Assembly (NCBI GenBank): GCA_964439515.1 | Contig: CAYTNU010000002.1 | Location: forward strand, 9,877 to 58,250 | Direction of reading: 5' to 3' | DNA from: an uncultured Candidatus Saccharibacteria bacterium | Lineage (GTDB): Bacteria; Patescibacteriota; Minisyncoccia; Portnoybacterales; UBA2143 | Length of the DNA: 48,374 nt | Part shown: positions 7,685 through 16,679 of the stretch, piece by piece | Layout: every line of letters starts with the position of its first letter | Numbering within the stretch: the stretch's first letter is position 1 | Translations under genes and position numbers: made by a program | Notes under the pieces: model-generated | What the model saw: only the letters and a program-made list of their open reading frames with translations | Databases searched by the model: none | What the model was told of the DNA's origin: nothing

Positions 7685-8989
7685 ATGAAATTTATTGCGG
7701 ATTTGCATATTCATTCTAAATATTCTAGAGCTACTTCACGGGACATGGACATAGACCATTTGAATAAATGGGCTAAGATTAAAGGCGTTAAAGTTTTAGG
7801 TACTGGCGATTTTACTCATCATCTTTGGATTAAAGAACTTAAGTCAAAACTTGAACCCGCAGAGCCGGGTCTTTTTAAATTGAAAAAGAGAATTAGTGCT
7901 TCCTCTAAAAAAAATGATTGGCTTCCGCAAAATGGCAACAACCAAGAAGATAAAGATATTCGTTTTTTATTAAGCAGTGAAATTAGTTGTATTTATTCTA
8001 AAGATAATAGAGTTAGAAAAATTCATATTATTATTTTAGCGCCAAATTTTAAAATCGTTGAGAAAATCAATGCTCGTCTAGGCTTGATTGGTAATATTAA
8101 ATCTGACGGTAGGCCTATTCTTGATTTAGATGTTAAAGAATTGCTCAAAATTGTTTTAACTATTTCTGATGATTGTATGATTATACCTGCTCATCTTTGG
8201 ACGCCATGGTTTGGTTTGTTTGGAGCTAACTCTGGTTTTGACTCTATTGAAGAATGTTTTGAAGAATATTCTAGATATATTTATGCAGGAGAAACGGGAC
8301 TAAGTTCAGATCCAGGAATGAATTGGCGACTCTCTTCTTTAGATAAAATTTCTTTGATAAGTAATTCAGATGCACATAGTCCAAGTAAGATAGGCAGAGA
8401 GGCTAATGTTTTTGACACAGATTTAAGTTATATTGGGATCGTTGATGCAATTAAAAGTAAAAATCCTAAAAAGTTTTTAGAAACAATTGAATCTTTTCCT
8501 GAAGAAGACAAATATCATTATGATGGACATCGTAAATGTGAAATAGTTTTAAATCCTAAAAAATCTAAGAAAATAAAGAGCATTTGTCCTAAATGTAAAA
8601 AACCATTAACAGTTGGTATTCTTCATAGGATTGATGATTTAGCAGACAGAAAAGATGGATTTAAACCTGATAATTTTATTCCATTTAGACATATGATTCC
8701 ATTAGATGAAATTATTGCTGACGCGAAAGGAGTGGGAGTAAAGACAAAAAAAGTTGAAAAGGAGTATAAGAATTTAATTGAGCGTTTTAATACAGAATTT
8801 GAAATACTTTTATCTACTTCTATAGAGCAAATTGAACGAATCAGTTCTCCTAAAATTGCTGAGGGGATTAATAGGGTTCGTCAGGGCAAGGTTAATATTA
8901 TGCCCGGCTATGATGGTGAATATGGCAAGATAGAAATTTTTAAAAAGAAAGAACGTGGAAAGTTTTCTAAACAAGCTAATTTGTTTTAA
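7685..8989 (+). CDS. endonuclease Q-like PHP-domain nuclease
   Basis: ADLHIHSKYSRATS, GTGDFTH, PAHLWTPWF, SNSDAHSPSKIGREAN, zinc finger CPKCKKPLTVG and the C-terminal PGYDGEYGKI all follow the EndoQ architecture as I recall it. The start is set at ATG 7685 rather than the track's TTG at 7673. Confidence 0.75.
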   Translation: MKFIADLHIHSKYSRATSRDMDIDHLNKWAKIKGVKVLGTGDFTHHLWIKELKSKLEPAEPGLFKLKKRISASSKKNDWLPQNGNNQEDKDIRFLLSSEISCIYSKDNRVRKIHIIILAPNFKIVEKINARLGLIGNIKSDGRPILDLDVKELLKIVLTISDDCMIIPAHLWTPWFGLFGANSGFDSIEECFEEYSRYIYAGETGLSSDPGMNWRLSSLDKISLISNSDAHSPSKIGREANVFDTDLSYIGIVDAIKSKNPKKFLETIESFPEEDKYHYDGHRKCEIVLNPKKSKKIKSICPKCKKPLTVGILHRIDDLADRKDGFKPDNFIPFRHMIPLDEIIADAKGVGVKTKKVEKEYKNLIERFNTEFEILLSTSIEQIERISSPKIAEGINRVRQGKVNIMPGYDGEYGKIEIFKKKERGKFSKQANLF

Positions 8990-9006
8990 AAAATAGATTT
9001 TAGAAA

Positions 9007-9219
9007 ATGAAATTTATTATATTATTTTTAATTAAAATTTATCAGAAAACTATTTCGCCTGACCATGGCTATATTCCTATCTTAAAGTTATTAGGACAAT
9101 GTAGACATTATCCAACTTGTTCTCAATATACTTATGATGCCGTTGAAAGACATGGAGTAGTTAAAGGAGTTTGGATGGGAATTAAAAGAGTTTCTACTTG
9201 TCATCCTTGGGGATCTTGA
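9007..9219 (+). CDS. yidD: membrane protein insertion efficiency factor YidD
   Basis: The motif CRHYPTCSQYTYDAVERHGVVKGVWMGIKRVSTCHPWG is canonical for YidD. Confidence 0.85.
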   Translation: MKFIILFLIKIYQKTISPDHGYIPILKLLGQCRHYPTCSQYTYDAVERHGVVKGVWMGIKRVSTCHPWGS

Positions 9220-9291
9220 CTTGTTCTAAAAAATATGTTATTTAAAATATAAAGATAAGAAGTTCATTAATAATGAAAAAGGAGGTTAATT

Positions 9292-9699
9292 ATGAGAAAA
9301 AAGTTAATATTGATAGTTGACGACGAAGAAAGCAATCGGGACATATTAATGAATTTGATCAAATTTCATTTAGAGACCCATATTATTTTAGAGGATCAAA
9401 TGCCTGAAATTATAGAGGCAACAAATGGGTTGGAGGCATGACATTTACTTTCTAAAGAGAAGATAAAACCTTTTCTTATTTTCACTGATTTCCAAATGCC
9501 TAAAATGAATGGGCTGGAACTCATAGATAGAATAGATGCTGAACTGAACCTCAAGGCAAAGATTGTAGTTTGTAGTGGACTCCATTCAATAGGGGCTGAG
9601 GTTAAAAAAAGAGGGAGGAATTTTCTCTCAAAACCTTTTCAAAAAAATGATCTTTTTGAGATTATTGAAAAAGGAATTCTCATGTCCTGTTTGGAATAA
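9292..9699 (+). pseudogene. stand-alone response-regulator receiver domain interrupted by an in-frame TGA (9439-9441)
   Basis: ATG 9292 follows a strong SD (AAAGGAGGT). The translation is MRKKLILIVDDEESNRDIL...ATNGLEA*HLLSKEKIKPFLIFTDFQMPKMNGLELI...SKPF. This is a complete CheY-like fold (DD, phospho-acceptor D, K-P) only if the TGA is read through. Confidence 0.7.
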
Positions 9700-9771
9700 G
9701 AAACAGGAATAAGGGCAATCTAGTAATAGGTCACCCTTTTTTTATTCTTCTAATATTGATATGATAAAAAG

Positions 9772-10398
9772 ATGAAGATAAAGATAAATAAAGTAATTAA
9801 AATTTTAATTTTTTCTGATGTCGCCTTAGTTGGTGGGTTCGGTTTTATTACTCCTATCTTCGCTATTTTTTTAACAGAGAGGATTAGAGGAGGTAATGTA
9901 GAAATTGCTGGTTATGTTGCTGCTATTTATTGGATTGTTATGTCTTTAATGGTTATTCCTTTTGGAAAATATCTGGATAAAAATCATGGAGAAAAAGATG
10001 ATTTTTGGTTTATTGTTATTGGTAACATCTTAGCTTCCTTAGCTGTAATTGGATTTATTTTTTCTTTTTTACCTTGGCATATATATATTTTTCAAGTTTT
10101 TTATGCCTTTGGTATGAGTATGAACATAGCTGCTTACTCAGCTATATTTACTAGACATATTAGTAAGGGGAGAGAAGCATTCAGTTGGAGTATTAGGGCT
10201 TGTTTGATTGGTTTTTCTGCCGGAATTACAGGTGCTATTGGAGGAATAATCGCTAATCGTTTTGGTTTTACTATGCTTTTAATTTGTGTATTGTTTTTTG
10301 TTTTGATTAGTTCTTTAGTACCATTTTTTATTTATAAAAGTATTTTTTCGAAGAATAAAAAAGATTTAAGGATACCAAAAATTAAAGAAATCAAATAA
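9772..10398 (+). CDS. polytopic membrane protein (MFS-like six-helix half)
   Basis: About six hydrophobic helices. No other motif recognised. Confidence 0.5.
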   Translation: MKIKINKVIKILIFSDVALVGGFGFITPIFAIFLTERIRGGNVEIAGYVAAIYWIVMSLMVIPFGKYLDKNHGEKDDFWFIVIGNILASLAVIGFIFSFLPWHIYIFQVFYAFGMSMNIAAYSAIFTRHISKGREAFSWSIRACLIGFSAGITGAIGGIIANRFGFTMLLICVLFFVLISSLVPFFIYKSIFSKNKKDLRIPKIKEIK

Positions 10399-10402
10399 AA
10401 GA

Positions 10403-12115
10403 ATGAAGAATTTGGAAATAGCTAAAATTTTTTATCTTATGGCTGAATTTATTGAAATGGATAAGGCCTCTTTTATTTCTATTGCCTATAACAGAGCTAG
10501 TCGGATTTTAGAATCTTTGGAAAATGATATTGAAGAAATATATAAAGAAGGTGGGGTAGAAGAATTAAAAAAGATTTCAGGCGTAGGCAAAGGTATAGCT
10601 GAAAAAATTGAAGAATATATCAAAACAGGGAAAATTAAACGTTATCAGGAATTGAAAAAGAAATGTCCAGTTGATTTGGAAAAATTAATTTCTATTGAAG
10701 GGTTGGGCGCTAAAAAGATTAAAGCTTTTTATAAGGAGCTTAATATTAGAAATTTAAAAGATTTAGAAAAGGCTGCTAAAGCTGGAAAGATAGGTGAATT
10801 AGATAATTTTGGCAAAAAAAGTGAACAAAATATTTTACAGGCAATTAAATTTGTTAAAGCTGGAGATAATAAGTTTTTACTTGGCAAAGCTATTCCGATA
10901 GTTAAAGAGATAATAAACAATCTTAAAAAACTGCCTGAAGTAAGTAATATTAGTTCTGCTGGTTCAGTTAGGCGTATGAAAGAAGTGATTGGCGATGTCG
11001 ATATTTTAGTTGTTTCTTCTAAACCTAAAAAGGTAATAGATTTTTTTGTGAAGATGCCTAGAGTAGTTAAGATTTGGGCTCAAGGGTCAACTAAATCATC
11101 GGTTAGATTAAGGAATGGCCTTGATTGTGATTTAAGAATAGTTAAGAAAGAAAGTTTTGGTTCTGCTTTACAGTATTTTACTGGAAGCAAAGAGCATAAT
11201 ATTTCAACTCGTCTTATAGCTAAGAAAAAAGGATTAAAATTAAATGAATATGGAGTTTATAAAAACGACAAGAGAATTGCTGGTAAAAATGAAAAAGAAG
11301 TCTATCAAGCAATAGGATTAAAATACATTGAACCAGAATTAAGATCTAATACAGGAGAGATTGAAGCAAGTTTGAATGATAAATTGCCTAAATTAATTAG
11401 ATATAATGATATTAAGGGAGATACTCATTGTCATAGTAATTGGAGTGATGGTTCTGATTCAATTGAACAAATTGTTAAAGCTGCTAAAAAGATAGGATAT
11501 GAATATATAGCCATTACAGATCATGCTGGCTTTCTAAAAATTGCTAATGCATTAGATGAAAAGCGTCTTTTAAAACAAATATTTGAAATAGATAGAATTA
11601 ACAAGAAGCTTTCTGGAATTAAAATTATTAAAGGAGCTGAAGTTGATATTAAAGTTGATGGAAGCATGGCAATCAAGGATGAAGTTCTAGCTAAATTAGA
11701 TTTTGTTTATGGGGCAATCCATTCTAGTTTTAAAATGAATAAAAATGATATGACGAATAGATTGATTAGGGCGATTGAAAATCCTAATATTGATGCAATT
11801 GCTCATCCAACTGGTCGTATAATTCAAAAAAGAGAAGAATACAAGATAGATTTTGATAAAATTTTTAAAGTAGCAAAAAAAACTAAAACAGCCCTAGAAA
11901 TTAATGCTCATTATAATCGTTTAGATTTAAAAGATTCTTATATCCGTCAAGCTAAAGAAAATGGTGTCAAAATTGTAATTGGAACCGATGCTCATTCTCT
12001 TGATAACTTATCTATGATGAAATTTGGTGTTGCTCAAGCACGTCGTGGCTGGGCTGAAAAAAAAGACATTCTTAATACACGTTCTTATAAAGAATTTATT
12101 CAGTACTTTAAATAA
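10403..12115 (+). CDS. polX: family X DNA polymerase with C-terminal PHP domain (PolX)
   Basis: N-terminal HhH motifs (ISGVGKGIAEKI, IEGLGAKKI), the nucleotidyltransferase motif GDVDILV, and a PHP domain (GDTHCHSNWSDG .. GTDAHS). Confidence 0.9.
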   Translation: MKNLEIAKIFYLMAEFIEMDKASFISIAYNRASRILESLENDIEEIYKEGGVEELKKISGVGKGIAEKIEEYIKTGKIKRYQELKKKCPVDLEKLISIEGLGAKKIKAFYKELNIRNLKDLEKAAKAGKIGELDNFGKKSEQNILQAIKFVKAGDNKFLLGKAIPIVKEIINNLKKLPEVSNISSAGSVRRMKEVIGDVDILVVSSKPKKVIDFFVKMPRVVKIWAQGSTKSSVRLRNGLDCDLRIVKKESFGSALQYFTGSKEHNISTRLIAKKKGLKLNEYGVYKNDKRIAGKNEKEVYQAIGLKYIEPELRSNTGEIEASLNDKLPKLIRYNDIKGDTHCHSNWSDGSDSIEQIVKAAKKIGYEYIAITDHAGFLKIANALDEKRLLKQIFEIDRINKKLSGIKIIKGAEVDIKVDGSMAIKDEVLAKLDFVYGAIHSSFKMNKNDMTNRLIRAIENPNIDAIAHPTGRIIQKREEYKIDFDKIFKVAKKTKTALEINAHYNRLDLKDSYIRQAKENGVKIVIGTDAHSLDNLSMMKFGVAQARRGWAEKKDILNTRSYKEFIQYFK

Positions 12116-12117
12116 TT

Positions 12118-12483
12118 ATGTCTTTAAAGGTTAAAAATTGGGTTTTAGTTTTTATTTGGGCTAGTTTTATCTTTTTTCTTTCTCATCAACCCTTTCTTAA
12201 ATCTGGTCTTCCTAGTCAATGGGATTTTATTTTACGAAAAATAGCTCATATTAGCGAATATGCTATTCTAACATGGCTTTTAATAAGAGCCTTAAAAGAA
12301 TATGGATTAACTAATAGGAAAATTTTGATTTTAGCTATTAGTCTATCTTTTTTGTATGCTTTTTCCGATGAATATCATCAAACTTTTATTTTTGGACGTC
12401 AAGGAGCATTTAGAGATGTTTTTATAGATAGTGTGGGGATTTTAATTACTAGCCAACTAGCTAGAAATAAGAAAATACCATAG
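12118..12483 (+). CDS. VanZ-family membrane protein
   Basis: Four helices. KIAHISEYAIL and SDEYHQ motifs typical of VanZ. Confidence 0.7.
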   Translation: MSLKVKNWVLVFIWASFIFFLSHQPFLKSGLPSQWDFILRKIAHISEYAILTWLLIRALKEYGLTNRKILILAISLSFLYAFSDEYHQTFIFGRQGAFRDVFIDSVGILITSQLARNKKIP

Positions 12484-12498
12484 AATAAGGATAGTCAA

Positions 12499-13170
12499 AT
12501 GAGTAATCATTTAATAATTAAAATATCTAAAATTTTTCAAGCATTTACTTATTGGCCTATTTATTTAACGTTAAGATTTTTTGTTCGTTTTGAAATTTAT
12601 GGACAAGAAAATTTAAAAGGACTTGAAAATGGACCAATTATTTTTGCTTCAAATCATTCTAATTATTTAGACAGTCCAATTAATGCGGCAATAATGCCTC
12701 GTTATAAAGGGGAGTTTTATCCAAAAAGATTTTTTCCTATTAGATTTTTAGCTCATTCTAAATTTTTTAAATTTAGATATTTATTAGTTGCTTTATACGT
12801 TTGGATAAATGCTTCTATAAAGATACAAGCAAATACTGGAAAAGATTTGTCCATAACGCTTAGAGAAGCGATTGATGCTTTAAAAAATAATAATCATATT
12901 TGGATTTATCCAGAAGGTAGAATATCACAGAATGTTCGATTTAAAGAAGGCAAGCGTGGTATTGCTTATTTACATCAACAAACTGGCGCGCTAATTGTTC
13001 CAGTATTTATCAGGGGAACATTTGGAATCTTGTCTTTTAAAACTTTATTGCGTAGAAAAAAAGTAATAGCCATGATTGGAGCTCCCATTTATTCTTTAGA
13101 GAATTTTTCATTAGAACAGGCAACAGAAAAAATTATGTTATCAATTGTAGAATTATCTAAAAAACATTAA
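12499..13170 (+). CDS. plsC: lysophospholipid (1-acyl-glycerol-3-phosphate) acyltransferase-like
   Basis: HX4D motif (NHSNYLD) and a YPEGRIS block. Confidence 0.75.
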   Translation: MSNHLIIKISKIFQAFTYWPIYLTLRFFVRFEIYGQENLKGLENGPIIFASNHSNYLDSPINAAIMPRYKGEFYPKRFFPIRFLAHSKFFKFRYLLVALYVWINASIKIQANTGKDLSITLREAIDALKNNNHIWIYPEGRISQNVRFKEGKRGIAYLHQQTGALIVPVFIRGTFGILSFKTLLRRKKVIAMIGAPIYSLENFSLEQATEKIMLSIVELSKKH

Positions 13171-13174
13171 TAAT

Positions 13175-13669
13175 ATGAGTAAACATTTAATATCTAAAAT
13201 TGGAGTAGGAGCGTTGATTATTGATAAAGAAAATAATTCTATTTTATTGAGCAAAAAGAATTATGGACCAATAAAAGACAAATGGACTTTTCCTGAAGGA
13301 TATGTTGATAAATATGAATCTTTAATTGAAGCAATAAAGAGAGAAATGAAAGAAGAATTAAATGGAGATATAGAAGTAAATGATTTGGTCGCTGTTCGTT
13401 ATAGGAGATCAAAAAAGAATCCAACGGTTTATTTTGTTTTTAATTGTTTATTATTAAATAAAGAAGAATTAAAAATAAACGATAAAGAGGAAATAAATGA
13501 TTTTAAGTTTTTTAATATTGAACAAGCTGAAGAAAGTCCAGAAATTTATTCTTTGGTTAAGATAATTTTAAATAAATATAAAAATAATTCAAACTCTAAT
13601 TTTAAAAAAGCTGATTTTTTTCCTTCGGAGATGAAAGTAAGTAAAAACGATTATTTCTTATATTTATAA
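13175..13669 (+). CDS. NUDIX hydrolase
   Basis: Nudix box: PEGYVDKYESLIEAIKREMKEELNG. Confidence 0.8.
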   Translation: MSKHLISKIGVGALIIDKENNSILLSKKNYGPIKDKWTFPEGYVDKYESLIEAIKREMKEELNGDIEVNDLVAVRYRRSKKNPTVYFVFNCLLLNKEELKINDKEEINDFKFFNIEQAEESPEIYSLVKIILNKYKNNSNSNFKKADFFPSEMKVSKNDYFLYL

Positions 13670-13673
13670 TAAT

Positions 13674-14438
13674 ATGGAATCTTTCTTAAAAGAAACTAAA
13701 TATTGTGATTTTAATAATTTAAAAATTAAAGAATTAGCTTTTGATATAACTAAAAATATAAACGATGATAAAAACAAAGCAATCGCTTTATTCTATTATG
13801 TAAGAGATAGCATATTATATAGAGTTGGAAATTGGAACAAAAAAGCATCGGAAACATTATTAGAGGGGAAGGGAGTATGTACTAGTAAATCAAATCTTTT
13901 AATCGCCTTATTGAGATCGTTGGGGATACCAGCTGGATATGGCGTAATGCGTGTAAAGGGAAAAGAGTATTTTGGAAACATAGTCCCATTATTTTTTAGA
14001 GACAAGATAGGGAAAGAATCTATTCATATTTATGTTTATGTGTATCTAAATAACAGATGGATAAAATGTGATCCATCTGATGATAAAAGATTTTCAGAAA
14101 ATACTAGCTATTTTAATCCACAAAGCAAATTAGTAGATTGGAATGGCGAAAATGATGCAATCTTAAATTTAAATCCAAATCATATTTTAGAAGATAGCAA
14201 TGTCTTAGATAATATAGATGATATTATTTGTAAAGAGCCTAAAAATGCAAAAGGGATTATTTTGAATTTAGGAAATCTTTATATAGATTTTTTAAGATGG
14301 AATGATAAAAGAATTAATAATTTAGATGAGCTGGATTTTTTGTTTAAAAAGTGGTTAAAGAAAAATCATATATTATATTATTATTTTTACATTATAGGAG
14401 TTTGGTTTAGAGATAAAAGAAGTAATAAATTATGTTAG
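13674..14438 (+). CDS. transglutaminase-like cysteine peptidase superfamily protein
   Basis: GKGVCTSKSNLLIALLRSLGIPA (catalytic Cys), ..HIYVYVY.. (His) and ..KCDPSD (Asp) give the order expected for a transglutaminase core. Confidence 0.7.
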   Translation: MESFLKETKYCDFNNLKIKELAFDITKNINDDKNKAIALFYYVRDSILYRVGNWNKKASETLLEGKGVCTSKSNLLIALLRSLGIPAGYGVMRVKGKEYFGNIVPLFFRDKIGKESIHIYVYVYLNNRWIKCDPSDDKRFSENTSYFNPQSKLVDWNGENDAILNLNPNHILEDSNVLDNIDDIICKEPKNAKGIILNLGNLYIDFLRWNDKRINNLDELDFLFKKWLKKNHILYYYFYIIGVWFRDKRSNKLC

Positions 14439-16081
14439 ATATTTATACATGGTCTGTTCTTATAGTGGCTGTATTTTTTACTGTTTTTGGATCTTTTTCT
14501 TATCTTAGGAATAGGAAAGAATTGATGAACAAGCTTTTTGCGTTGCTCTCTTTGGCATTTGCAATGTGGAGTTATACTTGGTTCGCTTTGCTTCTTACTA
14601 GAGAAAATGAGCAAATCGCTTTCTTATGGGCAAGATTATTAAATATTGGAGCAATATTTATTCCTATATTTTATTTTCACTGGGTTTTATCTCTTTTAGA
14701 TTTACATAAAAAGAAAAAGATTTTAGTAATATCTGGTTATCTTGTTACATTATTATTTTTTGTTCTTAGTTTTTCTGATAAATATGTAACGGGTGTTCAT
14801 TCTATACTTTCTTTTCCTTTTTGGCCTACTGCAGGGCCTTTGTATAAATGGTTTTTAATATTTGGATACTTATGTATGGTTGGTTATTCTTTATATTTAC
14901 TATTTAAAGCATTTAATAAAAGCGAAGGAGAAAAAAAATATCAAATTGGATATGTTATTATTGGTTCTTTGATGGGATTCGGTGGAGGAGCAATGAATTT
15001 TCCTTTGATGTATAACATAGATATAATTCCTCCATTTGGTGTTTTTGCTATTATCGCTTGTCCATTAATTCTTAGTTATGCAGTAATTAAATATCATTTA
15101 ATGAACACAAAAGTTGCTACGGTTGAAATTCTTAGCGCTTTAATATCTGCCGTTTTGCTTGTTGATGCTCTATTGTCTTCGGGTACAGAATTTTATTTAA
15201 AATTCGGTCTTTTTATTGGAGTTGTTATATTCAGTATAATTTTAATCCATAGTGTTTTAAAAGAAACTAGGTCTAGAGAGAAAATTATTAAATTAGCAAA
15301 GAGTTTGAAAAAGGCTAATATTGAATTACAAAAATTAGACAAAGCAAAATCAGAATTCATTTCTATTGCTTCTCACCAATTAAGAACTCCAGTATCAGTA
15401 ATAAAAGGGATTACCTCTATGATGATTGAAGGAGATTTAGAAAAATTTCCTATAGAAAAAAAGAATAGGTTTATTGAGGGGCTGTGGAATAAAAGTTGTA
15501 AATTAGAAAATATTATTAATGACATTCTTAATGCTACAGAAATGACGAATTTTAAATATAGAGTTAAAAAAGAAAAAGCTGAATTAATTGATTTAGAAGA
15601 ATTGATTAAAAAAACAATTAGTGATTTTCAATCAATTATAAAGAAAAAAGGTGTGGATGTTATTTTAAAAAAATCTATAAAATCTTTACCGAGGATAAAT
15701 GGACAAAAACAATATCTTCAAGAAGCATTTAGTAATTTAATAGATAATGCTATTAAATATACTTCCTCTAAAGGAAAGATTGTTATATCCATTACAAAAA
15801 AAGAAAATAATGTTATCATATCTATAGAGGATAATGGCATTGGAATTCCTAAAGAAGAAATTCCTGGATTGTTTATAAAGTTCATAAGAGGTAGTAATGC
15901 GAGGGAAATGTACACAGATGGTTCTGGACTAGGACTTTTTATAGTTAGAGAAGTTATTGAAGGACATTATGGTAAAGTATGGATGGAAAGCGAACTTAAT
16001 AAGGGAACAACTTTTTTTATCAGTCTGCCAATTCATTCTTCTAAAAAAATTAATGTTAAAAATCATATTATAAATGACTAA
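14432..16081 (+). CDS. sensor histidine kinase with multi-helix membrane sensor domain
   Basis: About seven N-terminal TM helices, an H-box (SIASHQLRTP), an N-box (LIDNAIKYT), and G-boxes (DNGIGIP, GSGLGL). Confidence 0.9.
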   Translation: MLDIYTWSVLIVAVFFTVFGSFSYLRNRKELMNKLFALLSLAFAMWSYTWFALLLTRENEQIAFLWARLLNIGAIFIPIFYFHWVLSLLDLHKKKKILVISGYLVTLLFFVLSFSDKYVTGVHSILSFPFWPTAGPLYKWFLIFGYLCMVGYSLYLLFKAFNKSEGEKKYQIGYVIIGSLMGFGGGAMNFPLMYNIDIIPPFGVFAIIACPLILSYAVIKYHLMNTKVATVEILSALISAVLLVDALLSSGTEFYLKFGLFIGVVIFSIILIHSVLKETRSREKIIKLAKSLKKANIELQKLDKAKSEFISIASHQLRTPVSVIKGITSMMIEGDLEKFPIEKKNRFIEGLWNKSCKLENIINDILNATEMTNFKYRVKKEKAELIDLEELIKKTISDFQSIIKKKGVDVILKKSIKSLPRINGQKQYLQEAFSNLIDNAIKYTSSKGKIVISITKKENNVIISIEDNGIGIPKEEIPGLFIKFIRGSNAREMYTDGSGLGLFIVREVIEGHYGKVWMESELNKGTTFFISLPIHSSKKINVKNHIIND

Positions 16082-16457
16082 TAATATAAAAATATTACTC
16101 GTTGAAGACGATCCTGATCAAATTCTTATTTATCAAAGTAAATTTGAATTAGAAGGTTTCTTTTTGATAGTGGCTGATAATTATAAAGATGCGATAAAAT
16201 TTGCTTTATATGATAAACCAGATTTGATTATGTTGGATTTACTTTTAGGAAATGAAAACGGTCTTGATGTTTTAGATGAACTTAAAAAAAATTCTAAGAC
16301 CAGTAAAATTCCAGTAGTTGTTTTTACTAATTTTGATACAGAAGAAACTAAAGATAAGGCATTCAAATTAGGAGCAATTGATTATATTGTAAAGGCTCAA
16401 GTTACTCCAAGTGAAATTGTTAAAAAAGTAAGAATGATAATAGAGAAATTTAAATAA
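16074..16457 (+). CDS. single-domain response regulator (receiver only)
   Basis: ILLVEDDPDQ, DLIMLDLLL, and a VFTNF..K pattern. Overlaps the kinase gene by 8 nt. Confidence 0.9.
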   Translation: MTNNIKILLVEDDPDQILIYQSKFELEGFFLIVADNYKDAIKFALYDKPDLIMLDLLLGNENGLDVLDELKKNSKTSKIPVVVFTNFDTEETKDKAFKLGAIDYIVKAQVTPSEIVKKVRMIIEKFK

Positions 16458-16552
16458 CATGTTTCATTTTCCACAAAAAACATCTTTTGGATTAGATCTA
16501 AGTGATCTTTCTTTTAAAATTGTACAATTTAAAAAAAAGAAAGATGGTTTAT
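16446..16552 (+). repeat. left copy of an exact 107-bp direct repeat (RR stop plus first 31 codons of pilM)
   Basis: Base-for-base identical to 18596-18702 by manual alignment, at an offset of 2150 bp. Confidence 0.9.
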
Positions 16553-16602
16553 ATGTCCGTGGATGTATGCAGTGGGTTGACAATACACTGTTTTCTTGTT
16601 AG
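16459..16602 (+). pseudogene. pilM 5' remnant (31 pilM codons fused to 16 unrelated codons, then TAG)
   Basis: MFHFPQKTSFGLDLSDLSFKIVQFKKKKDGL is identical to the intact PilM N-terminus at 18609. It then diverges (YVRGCMQWVDNTLFSC*). Confidence 0.8.
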
Positions 16603-16605
16603 AAT
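16577..16605 (+). promoter_or_regulatory. consensus sigma70-like promoter (TTGACA-17 nt-TGtTAGAAT)
   Basis: TTGACA at 16577-16582, a 17-nt spacer ending in an extended -10 TG, then TAGAAT at 16600-16605. It sits 75 nt upstream of the ATP-grasp ATG. Confidence 0.6.
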
Positions 16606-16679
16606 TTAAGCAGAACATTAAAATTCAAAAGAACAGAAACATAAAAATAATCATCTATGGTTAAGGGAGGTGTGTTGAA

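Noticed and set aside
9217-9250. Possible read-through of the yidD TGA stop (..CHPWGS*LVLKNMLFKI)
   Set aside because: The extension does not resemble the usual YidD C-terminus (..GGxDPVP), and the 70-aa product is already complete through the conserved CHPW motif.
9439-9441. Alternative genetic code (TGA = Trp or Gly; table 4 or 25) as the explanation for the in-frame TGA
   Set aside because: TGA terminates several well-conserved genes at their expected lengths (ruvA 3961-3963, FemAB-like 5035-5037, pilN 20195-20197, the PilO-like gene, gatA). None of the roughly 30 conserved ribosomal or translation genes carries an internal TGA.
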